Positions 9,693-17,615 of a stretch of DNA of 64,000 bases are shown here, piece by piece; the stretch's first letter is position 1; each line of letters begins with the position of its first letter. The stretch is from Polyangiaceae bacterium (GTDB lineage: Bacteria; Myxococcota_A; Polyangia; Polyangiales; Polyangiaceae). Below the pieces are notes generated by a model. It had not been told where the DNA came from and made no database searches. It worked only from the letters and a program-made list of their open reading frames with translations. Location: assembly GCA_033763455.1 (NCBI GenBank), contig JANRKO010000092.1, forward strand, positions 1 through 64,000. The letters are read 5' to 3'. The translations under genes and the position numbers were made by a program.

Positions 9693-9813
9693 ATGATGAA
9701 TCTGTGTGCGTCGCGGTTTGTATTAGGCGGCACCCTCGTCGCAAAAGATCCAGCGACGGCGCGCCTGTCTTGTAAGGTTGTCTGTGAATAATTGTTAGAT
9801 ACACTCCCTCGGC

Positions 9814-10893
9814 ATGAAGACTTTGCGCAACGCGCAGCGAACGGGCCTTGCGATTCTGTCCCTGGTGGCCACTGCCGCGTGTTCTGGTGAGGTGCACAAT
9901 CGTTCGCGGGGTGTGCCTATCGGTGTGGATGGTGGGGGCGCCCCTGGTGTTGTCGACTCAGGCCAAAGCGGCGCTCGTCCGGGCCCCGGAGTGGCTCCAG
10001 CTATGGGAGGTCGCACTACCCACGAGGGTGTCGGCGGAGGAGGCGCGCAGCCCGTAGGTGAGTCGGGAGGCGCGCAGCCCGTAGGTGAGTCGGGAGGCGC
10101 ACAGCCGGTAGGTGAGTCGGGAGGCGCACAGCCGGTAGGTGAATCGGGAGGCGCGCAGCCCGTAGGTGAATCGGGAGGCGCGCAGCCCGTAGGGACCGGT
10201 GGTTCCTTCTCAGTGGACGCCCCTCGCTTTCCGTCAGAGCTTCTTGACCTTTCGAATTGGAAGATCACTTTGCCAGTCGCAGCTGACGACAATGCGAGCA
10301 AGCCTCTCGAAATCAAGCAGCCCGAACTAGCCACGTATTCGATCGAGCCTCACTTTCATCTGAACCCAGCGCGCAACGGAGTCATCTTTAGGGCACATGC
10401 GGGGGGGACAACTACTTCGAATTCAGGATATCCGCGCTCGGAGTTGCGCGAAATGGCCAATGCTGGAACAAGCAACGCGAGCTGGTCGACCAGCTCGGGT
10501 ACCCACACGCTCTTAGTACGCGAGGCGTTTATGCACCTTCCAGAGGTGAAACCGCACGCCGTAGGTGCCCAGATCCACGACGCCAATGACGACATTATCA
10601 TGGTTCGTTTGGAGGGGGCTCGTCTATTTGTGGAAGGTGGGGGCGCCGAGCTCGGCCTGTTAAACTCGAACTACGTGTTGGGGACTGCGTTTGACGTCAA
10701 ACTTGAGGCGAGTGGAGGTGAAATTCGGGTCTTTTACGAAGATATGAGCACTCCGAAGGTTACCTTGCAAAAGAATGCTAGCGGTTGCTACTTCAAGGCA
10801 GGCGTTTACACACAATCAAACGTGGCCCGGGGGGACCTGCCCGAGGCTTATGGCGAGGTCGTTATATATGGGTTGAGCCTTCTCCACCAGTAG
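9814..10893 (+). CDS. Polysaccharide lyase family 7 (alginate lyase) lipoprotein
   Basis: Lipobox TAAC. PL7 signatures WKITLP, YPRSELRE, QIH and YFKAGVYTQ. Confidence 0.92.
   Translation: MKTLRNAQRTGLAILSLVATAACSGEVHNRSRGVPIGVDGGGAPGVVDSGQSGARPGPGVAPAMGGRTTHEGVGGGGAQPVGESGGAQPVGESGGAQPVGESGGAQPVGESGGAQPVGESGGAQPVGTGGSFSVDAPRFPSELLDLSNWKITLPVAADDNASKPLEIKQPELATYSIEPHFHLNPARNGVIFRAHAGGTTTSNSGYPRSELREMANAGTSNASWSTSSGTHTLLVREAFMHLPEVKPHAVGAQIHDANDDIIMVRLEGARLFVEGGGAELGLLNSNYVLGTAFDVKLEASGGEIRVFYEDMSTPKVTLQKNASGCYFKAGVYTQSNVARGDLPEAYGEVVIYGLSLLHQ
10039..10194 (+). repeat. 27-bp coding tandem repeat (GGAQPVGES x5.8) in the PL7 linker
   Basis: Unit ggaggcgcgcagcccgtaggtgagtcg: five full copies plus one partial copy, with only synonymous differences. 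Confidence 0.95.
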
Positions 10894-10909
10894 GTTTGAA
10901 GTTCGCTCC

Positions 10910-11914
10910 ATGAAAAACGTCTGTCCAACGCTCGTGCTGTTGATAAGCACCGGCTGTGGTAGCGACACAGATCCGCACGTTATTGTTCCATCAACTATCC
11001 CGGAGTTGCCAGCGACGTCGGCGATGCCTACTTCTCCATCAGCCACACCTGCACTACCGCCGGCCACGTCCCCACTGCCTGCGGCTACGGATGCAGCAAC
11101 AGCGCCTGTAACTGTTAATCCGGTGCCGGAGCAGCATCCGCCATCAGGGGCCACGATCTTATCAGTCAATTTTGACCAGTCTCCACTCGGAACGTACACA
11201 CGTGCGCAGCTCGAAGCCGACTTTGGCAAGGTACAGTTCGTCAATGGGATCACGGAGGGACGAGCTGAGATCGTTGAGGGGCCGGAAGCGGCTACCGGTC
11301 GAGCATTAAAGGTTCACTATCCAAAAGGTGTGTTTGGTCCTCAGGCCACCGGAGTGCAATTCCCCGTGAAATTTGCTCAAGGTTACGATGAGCTCTATGC
11401 GTCGTACCGAGTCAGATTTGCGCCGAACTACGACTTTGTGCGAGGTGGCAAGCTACCGGGGCTTGCGGGAGGCGGACGGCGGAGCGGATGCGCAGGAGTG
11501 CCGAATGGCACTTCGACCCAGGGCTTTACCGCGCGAATGATGTGGCGGACCGCAGGGGCAGCGGTGCAGTACGTTTACCACATGGACCAAGGGATGGATT
11601 GTGGCGAGAATCTGGTGTGGGGACAAAGCTTTGTCCCTGGCGCGTGGAACCTCGTGGAACACCGGGTTCGCCTGAACACCATCGGACTGGCGGACGGCCT
11701 CGTGCAAGGGTGGTGGAACGGGCAACAAACGCTAGATAATCAGGGTATGCGGTTTCGGGTCGCTGGCACACAAGAAGCCCCTGAGACCAAGATCGATCAG
11801 CTTTATTTCTCTACATTTTTCGGAGGCAACGATTCTAGCTGGTCTCCTAGTAAGGATGAGTACGTTCTATTCGACGACATAAAGGTCGCGACAGCGCCGA
11901 TTACGTTCAAGTGA
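10910..11914 (+). CDS. Polysaccharide lyase family 14 lipoprotein
   Basis: Lipobox STGC and a Pro/Thr linker. PL14 motifs FVRGGKLPGL, RMMWR, YVYH and FSTFFGG. Confidence 0.85.
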   Translation: MKNVCPTLVLLISTGCGSDTDPHVIVPSTIPELPATSAMPTSPSATPALPPATSPLPAATDAATAPVTVNPVPEQHPPSGATILSVNFDQSPLGTYTRAQLEADFGKVQFVNGITEGRAEIVEGPEAATGRALKVHYPKGVFGPQATGVQFPVKFAQGYDELYASYRVRFAPNYDFVRGGKLPGLAGGGRRSGCAGVPNGTSTQGFTARMMWRTAGAAVQYVYHMDQGMDCGENLVWGQSFVPGAWNLVEHRVRLNTIGLADGLVQGWWNGQQTLDNQGMRFRVAGTQEAPETKIDQLYFSTFFGGNDSSWSPSKDEYVLFDDIKVATAPITFK

Positions 11915-12159
11915 TCAATACTGGCACCTCCCTCGTTCCAGCTACAGGTTTCGGACAGTAACGGTAGCCAAACGAGTGGCAATTGCTCCAGGGGCTCGGC
12001 CCCAATTGGGTGCACAGCCGGATAACAACGCGACATTTACCGAGCGGCTCTGCGTTCGGACCTGGCCCAAGAGTTTACTATCGCCAAGCGCGAGAAGGTG
12101 ACCTAGCGTTTCTGCCCGGCTGGACCATTCGCCAGTTGAGGGAATAGCTCCGCAGCTTC

Positions 12160-12606
12160 GTAAAGTGGCCCGCTAACCCCCCGTCGACGGGCGGGTGCAG
12201 TGCATTTGGAACGAACTGGAACTGCGCTGGGATGACGGTTTCGCTGCCCAGCGGCAATTCCGCACCCGTTTCGGATATGGGAACGATCACATGCTGACGG
12301 CAATGATTGAAATCACTGATGCGTACGGTACCCAGCTTGTCGTTACACCCGACTACTGGGCCTACCGGCAACACGCTGTTCGGCAAAACCTATGAGGGCA
12401 TGCGGAAGTTCGGCGCCCGAACACCTGGGTGGTACACGCCGGTGTTGCCGCCCAGTGGACCCTCTACGACTCCCCCTTCCACATCCCCGCCCTCCACGCC
12501 ATGCCCCCCGTGCTCCGAGGCGAAGTGGTGCGCTCCTTTAGCCATCCTACTTGCCCTCCTGGTTTTGATCCTGCTCGTGATGTTGCTCCGGCGTTCCAAG
12601 GGCTAA
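12160..12606 (+). pseudogene. Possible fragmented gene for a C-terminally anchored membrane protein
   Basis: Protein-like segments lie in successive frames and end in a Pro/Ser/Thr stalk, a TM helix and a basic tail (CAPLAILLALLVLILLVMLLRRSKG). No intact start was found. Confidence 0.35.
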
Positions 12607-12647
12607 ACAGTGCGCAGAGAAGGATCAATCGCGAGGCATCGGCCCAC

Positions 12648-13289
12648 TCACGGCCTCAGCACCTTGAACGCGTGCATCCAATCATTCTTGAGGAACCCGG
12701 GAATGCACCACAGCATGCAGAGCGGCTCAATCGCCCGCGCCGCTGCTGCTGCGCCCATGTCTTCGGTTTCCCAACCAAACTGCTCAAGGAGCTGGGATAC
12801 GGTGGCTTTTGCCTGTGCATCGTTCCCCGCAATGAACATGCTGGGCTTTCCTCCGGGGAGCTTGGGATCCACCATGAGCGCGCTCCCAACGCATGAGAAA
12901 GCTTTTACGAAGCGGACTTCGGGGTTGGCTGCTTGGAGCTTCTCCAGCAACGATTCATTGAGGTCAGTGAAAAAACGCAGCACACCTTGTTCAGGCGGTG
13001 CTTCAGCTATCGGGTTGGTGGTATCAATAACCACCTTGCCCTTGAGTGAGGCGGCGAGTGGAGCGATGGCCTCAAGCGCAGCCGCACCCTTTACCGCAAG
13101 CACGACAACGTCTGCGCCCTTCACCGCTTCAAGTGCCGACGTCACCGAAATGCCTTGGCCCGCGCCCTTGGAATAGTCCGCGAGCTTTTCCGGCGACCGC
13201 GTACCGATGCTCACTTGGTGGCCATGCGTCTTGAACCCAACAGCGAGTGTTTGCCCAACTTGCCCGGTGCCAATAATTCCGATCTTCAT
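12648..13289 (-). CDS. NADPH-dependent F420 reductase-like dinucleotide-binding oxidoreductase
   Basis: MKIGIIGTGQVG, ADVVVLAV, VIDTTNP, VKAF and IAGND. Confidence 0.88.
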   Translation of the reverse strand: MKIGIIGTGQVGQTLAVGFKTHGHQVSIGTRSPEKLADYSKGAGQGISVTSALEAVKGADVVVLAVKGAAALEAIAPLAASLKGKVVIDTTNPIAEAPPEQGVLRFFTDLNESLLEKLQAANPEVRFVKAFSCVGSALMVDPKLPGGKPSMFIAGNDAQAKATVSQLLEQFGWETEDMGAAAAARAIEPLCMLWCIPGFLKNDWMHAFKVLRP

Positions 13290-13485
13290 AGTGAAATTGC
13301 CCTTCCGCTAACTAGACACGATTGTGCCCAGCCTGGGGCCACCCAGGCGCGATGGCAAGGGGAGGGGCGTGCGCGCGCATCGCTATTACCTGCTGCAACT
13401 CACGCTCAGGTTTCGGTAGCTAAAATCAGCGGGCCGGTGGGATTCATGCTAGCCTGCAAAAATGGCCGTTTTCACTGGTGGAGTT

Positions 13486-13644
13486 ATGGGAACGCTGCTT
13501 CGGCTGCGTTGTCCGAACTGCCGCGAAACGCAGGCGCGCGCGCGCAAGCCGGGGGGAGGGTCGGCCAAGTACAGGTGCCGCAAGTGTCACAAGTGCTTCC
13601 GCCGCGTCGACGGCGAAGCGGAGGCGAAGGCACATCCGCGCTGA
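13486..13644 (+). CDS. Small basic zinc-ribbon protein (52 aa)
   Basis: GGAG RBS before the ATG at 13486. CPNC-x18-CRKC pattern. Ends 18 bp before the antiporter start. Confidence 0.55.
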   Translation: MGTLLRLRCPNCRETQARARKPGGGSAKYRCRKCHKCFRRVDGEAEAKAHPR

Positions 13645-13662
13645 GCGGTCCCCCTCCCAACA

Positions 13663-15375
13663 ATGCATTCACTCGACCTCATTCTGATGCTAGCCGGCGG
13701 GTTCGGCGCGGCTCTCATCTTCGGCCTGCTCACGCACCGCGTCGGTCTATCTCCAATTGTCGGCTACCTGCTAGCGGGCGTCCTGCTCGGCCCGTACACA
13801 CCGGGATTCATCGCTAACAGTGAAATCGCGCGGCAGCTGGCGGAAGTCGGTGTGATCCTCCTTTTGTTTGGCGTGGGTCTTCAATTTCACCTGCATGAGC
13901 TCATCCGCTTCCGTCGTATCGCGCTTCCAGCGTCGGCCGGCCTCACGCTGCTTGCAACGGTGCTCGGGGCGGTAGTCGGACACTCGTTTGGCTTCGCCTG
14001 GCTCGGTGCAATCGTATTCGGAATCGCACTTTCCATTACGAGCACAGTGGTGCTCGTCAGTTTGCTTGCGGAGCGACGCGAGCTCCACACGCCCGTCGGT
14101 TCCATCGGGGTTGCTTGGCTCGTGGTTGAGGACATTTTCACTGTGCTGGTGCTTATCGTGCTGCCGTCGCTCGTCGGCTCCACCGCGCCTGCCGACATAA
14201 TGCTCGCCGTGGGGCTCGGTTTCGTGAAGCTAGCCGTCCTCGTCGCGGTAGCGGTCGTGGTGGGCGGACGCGCCATTCCCTGGCTACTTACTCGCGTAGC
14301 CACGACGCATTCGCGCGAGCTGTTCACGCTCGCCGTTCTGGCGACGGCACTTACTCTTGCGGTCGGCGCGGCGGAGCTCTTCGGCGCCTCCATGGCGCTC
14401 GGCGCATTCCTTGCCGGCATGATCGTCGGTCGTAGCGACTTTGCGTCGCGTGCGGCGACCGAAGCGTTACCTATGCGCGATGCGTTTGCGGTTCTCTTCT
14501 TCGTGTCCGTCGGCATGCTGTTCGATCCGAGCTTTCTCCTCGAAAAGCCGTGGCTCGTCGCCGCAACGCTTGCAGTGGTGCTTTTCGGTAAGCCCGTAAT
14601 TGCTACGATCATTTTGCTAGCGTTGCGCCAGTCGCCACGCCAGGCGCTCGCCCTTGGCATCGGCCGCGGCCAGATCGGCGAGTTTTCGTTCATCGTTGGC
14701 GCACTTGGCCAAGATCTGGGGATCCTCTCGCGCGATGCTAGCAGCGCGCTGGTGGCGGCGTCGATCGGCTCCATCAGCCTGAACCCACTCCTCTTACGGC
14801 TCGTGCCCAGCATCGTCCCACTGCTGCCGCAGCGTGCAATTGAGGAGGATCCTCGGCTCCGCATAAGCCAAGCGCCTCCCCCGGCGAGCAACAGGCCCGC
14901 GCACCACCGAGCGGTGGTTGTCGGCTATGGCCCCGTAGGGCAAACACTTTGCCGGCTGCTCGCAGAAAGCAGCATCGAAACGGTGGTCGTCGAGCTCAAC
15001 ATCGAAACCGTGCGCGAGCTTCGTGCGCGTGGCACTCTCGCGGTCTACGGTGACATTTCGCGCAAGGAAACACTCGAGGAAGCTGGCGTCGCCAAGGCGG
15101 TGAGCCTGTTTTTGACGGCTCCTATCGAAGTCGACAGCCATGTTGTGCGCGTTGCGCGCGAGCTCAACCCCGAGTTGTTTGTTGTGGCCCGTTGCTCATA
15201 CCTGCGCGAGGTAGATGCGCTCAAATTGGCCGGTGCCGACGCAGCTTTCTCGGGCGAAGGAGAAGTTGCGCTTGCCATGACCGAGTTCATGCTGACGCGG
15301 CTCGGCGCCACGCCCGACCAAATCGATCACGAGCGCGAGCGGATCCACCAGACCATGCGCAGCGACGTTGGATAG
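13663..15375 (+). CDS. CPA2 cation:proton antiporter with TrkA-N (KTN) domain, YbaL/RosB-like
   Basis: SPIVGYLLAG, AEVGVILLLFGVGL, SITSTVV, VVEDI, ALGAFLAG, GEFSF and a C-terminal VVGYGPVG. Confidence 0.92.
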   Translation: MHSLDLILMLAGGFGAALIFGLLTHRVGLSPIVGYLLAGVLLGPYTPGFIANSEIARQLAEVGVILLLFGVGLQFHLHELIRFRRIALPASAGLTLLATVLGAVVGHSFGFAWLGAIVFGIALSITSTVVLVSLLAERRELHTPVGSIGVAWLVVEDIFTVLVLIVLPSLVGSTAPADIMLAVGLGFVKLAVLVAVAVVVGGRAIPWLLTRVATTHSRELFTLAVLATALTLAVGAAELFGASMALGAFLAGMIVGRSDFASRAATEALPMRDAFAVLFFVSVGMLFDPSFLLEKPWLVAATLAVVLFGKPVIATIILLALRQSPRQALALGIGRGQIGEFSFIVGALGQDLGILSRDASSALVAASIGSISLNPLLLRLVPSIVPLLPQRAIEEDPRLRISQAPPPASNRPAHHRAVVVGYGPVGQTLCRLLAESSIETVVVELNIETVRELRARGTLAVYGDISRKETLEEAGVAKAVSLFLTAPIEVDSHVVRVARELNPELFVVARCSYLREVDALKLAGADAAFSGEGEVALAMTEFMLTRLGATPDQIDHERERIHQTMRSDVG

Positions 15376-15453
15376 GCTCGGGCTCAACGTTGGGCTAGCC
15401 TTCCTGGAGCCCTATGAGGTAAACTATGTGTTCCAGCAAGAAGGGAACTATTT

Positions 15454-16170
15454 ATGAAGCTTAAGCATTGGATCTGGATGGGTTCATTGGGGTTGGCTGC
15501 TGTCGCGGCCGTAGCCTGCAGCGATGACAGCTCGTCGCCAGGGACGGGAAGCGGCAGCGGTGGCGCAGGAAGTGGCGGTAAGACCAGCAGCGGCGGTGCG
15601 GCTACTGGCGGCAAGACCGGTAGCGGTGGTGCGGGTGTTGGCGGTGCGGGTGTTGGTGGTGCGGCAAGTGGTGGTGCGGCAACCGGTGGCGCCGGCATGG
15701 CAGGCTCTGGTGCCGGTGGGGTAGGCAACCAAGCCGGTGCCGCGGGTATGCCCGGGATGGGTAATCAAGCCGGAGCAGCCGGCGCGGGTGTTGGCCTTGC
15801 TAAGGCAGAAGCCACGGTCACGCCGATCGGAGGAGCGACGCTTACCGGCACCGCTTCATTTCAGTTGGTTGGAAACGGGGTCAAGCTGAAGTTGGACGTG
15901 ACCAACTGCCCGACTGGAGATCATGCGGTTCATTTGCATATGAATTCAACGTGCGCAGACCCAGGCGGACACTGGATACCGAATGGAGAGATTGTTCCAG
16001 TGATAACCTGTAGCGCTGGTATGGTTGGCTCATTGAATTTCACGGGTGACGCAGCGAGCTGGGAGGTTGGTACCAACGGCACCAATGACGTCGCCAAATA
16101 CACGATCGTGATTCATGCCGACTCGAATGGCGGCACACAGCTCGCCTGTGGGGAAATAAACCCGATCTAA
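15454..16170 (+). CDS. Lipoprotein with a SodC (Cu/Zn SOD)-like domain lacking the Zn site
   Basis: Lipobox AVAC and a Gly tether, then GTASF, HAVHLH, C-ADPGGHW, IVIHA and ACGEI. Confidence 0.75.
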   Translation: MKLKHWIWMGSLGLAAVAAVACSDDSSSPGTGSGSGGAGSGGKTSSGGAATGGKTGSGGAGVGGAGVGGAASGGAATGGAGMAGSGAGGVGNQAGAAGMPGMGNQAGAAGAGVGLAKAEATVTPIGGATLTGTASFQLVGNGVKLKLDVTNCPTGDHAVHLHMNSTCADPGGHWIPNGEIVPVITCSAGMVGSLNFTGDAASWEVGTNGTNDVAKYTIVIHADSNGGTQLACGEINPI

Positions 16171-16194
16171 GGGCAGCATAAGGGGGGGGAAGGC

Positions 16195-17373
16195 CTATCC
16201 CGCCCTCGCTTGCCGCAACGATGGCACCGCGTGGCGGCGGAACTCAGTTGGGGTCTGATGGAGGAACTTGCGAAATGCGACTTGGAGCTGACGGATTTCA
16301 CCGAAGCCGCTTTGATCTGCAACATGCTCCACGCTGAGGTCGGTGTCTGCCAACAAGCGCGTGGCTTCTTCCAGCCGGAATCGCAGCCAGGCTTGCGCGG
16401 GAGCTTGACCGATTGATTCTCGAAATTTGCGTTCCAGCGTGCGCCGTGAACAACGGATTGTTGCAAGGAATTCGTTGAGGCAGTCGGGCGCGGTGGCGTG
16501 TTCGCGCAGGTAGGCCAGGGCTCTGGCCACCAGGGGATCTGAGGCCACTACGGCGTCGGTCGAACGGCGGCTGACGACCCGAATGGGCGGCACAGCGACC
16601 AGCTTCGGGGCTTCGCGCCCATCCGGAGTCATCAGGTTATCGAGCAATTCAGCCGCGGCGTAGCCCACGCGCTCACCCGCGATCTGAATGCTGCTAAGCG
16701 GCGGGGCTGAAAGCAGGCAAACAGGGACATCATTGTCGACTCCCAGAATGGCAACTTCGTCGGGCACGCGCAGTTCGAGCTGGCTGCAGCACTCCGCTAC
16801 GGTGAGGGCAAAGTTGTCCGCTGCGCAAAGGACCGCGACGGGCTTGGGTAGCCCCGTGAGCCAGCGGCAAATAGCTTCGTTGTCACGCTTGAGCGAAGCT
16901 TGAGCGCGGGGCCACGCGGGGTGAGCGGGCTGGGCGTCCCCCACGTGGCACGTGTGCCCATACCGCTTGAGATAGGCTCGGAATGAGTGCGCGCGCAGAT
17001 CGCGGGGATTGCCGGTGTTTGGGTAGTAGCCAAAGTTCCTGTAGCCACGGCTCACGAAGTACGCCGCACCGAGCTCGCCTATCGCGCTCTCGTCGTGACC
17101 CACATGGCGCATCTTTGAGTTCGCTACTGGAAATCCCAGGTTAACGGTTGGCACTCCGGCACGTTCGATGAGTTCGAAGCCGCGCTCGTCTACGTGTTTC
17201 ACCAGCAAGCCATCGGGCTCCAGCTCCAGCAAACGCAAAATCCCCTCGGCGCTCGGGTTGTCCCAACTGAAAACCCACGGTCGCGCGGGACGCGCATAAG
17301 CGGCGATGCCGCGCAACATCAATTCGCTCGGGCCACCCCGCCGGTCCATCGCTAGCCCAATTCGCATCAGCAC
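16195..17373 (-). CDS. XylR-type regulator (LacI-like sugar-binding domain plus AraC HTH)
   Basis: LRGIAAYA, WLTGLPKPVAV, VPDEVAILGVDND, PPLSSI, SRRTLERKFRE and VADQSGF. Confidence 0.92.
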   Translation of the reverse strand: MLMRIGLAMDRRGGPSELMLRGIAAYARPARPWVFSWDNPSAEGILRLLELEPDGLLVKHVDERGFELIERAGVPTVNLGFPVANSKMRHVGHDESAIGELGAAYFVSRGYRNFGYYPNTGNPRDLRAHSFRAYLKRYGHTCHVGDAQPAHPAWPRAQASLKRDNEAICRWLTGLPKPVAVLCAADNFALTVAECCSQLELRVPDEVAILGVDNDVPVCLLSAPPLSSIQIAGERVGYAAAELLDNLMTPDGREAPKLVAVPPIRVVSRRSTDAVVASDPLVARALAYLREHATAPDCLNEFLATIRCSRRTLERKFRESIGQAPAQAWLRFRLEEATRLLADTDLSVEHVADQSGFGEIRQLQVAFRKFLHQTPTEFRRHAVPSLRQARAG

Positions 17374-17484
17374 CTAGTCTAGCCGTGTCGCGAACACTCG
17401 CTAGCCGTTGCGTGGTGGGATCGCGGCAGCGAGCTGGCGGCATCTAGCTGCCACAGAGGAAGATCACAGGCACGCTCCCTACCT

Positions 17485-17548
17485 GTCGCGAATCCACGCT
17501 TCAACGTCGCTACCTGCGCTTGTTACGAACCCACCCCGACCGTAGATT
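17485..17548 (+). promoter_or_regulatory. Putative XylR/AraC-activated sigma70 promoter of cassette 1
   Basis: Direct repeats GTCGC..CGCTT at 17485 and 17506 (21-bp spacing) abut TTGTTA(17520-17525)-N17-TAGATT(17543-17548). Confidence 0.45.
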
Positions 17549-17615
17549 GGGAGTTACATTCGATACGCCGCACGCCGCGCCCAACGCGGGAACGTGTGTG
17601 TCCGGAGGACTACCC

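Noticed and set aside
10039..10194. Regular repeats as a CRISPR array
   Set aside because: The units are contiguous with no unique spacers, lie in frame inside a lyase gene, and no cas genes are present.
13486..13644. IS1-like element suggested by the zinc ribbon
   Set aside because: No DDE domain, terminal inverted repeats or target duplication seen.
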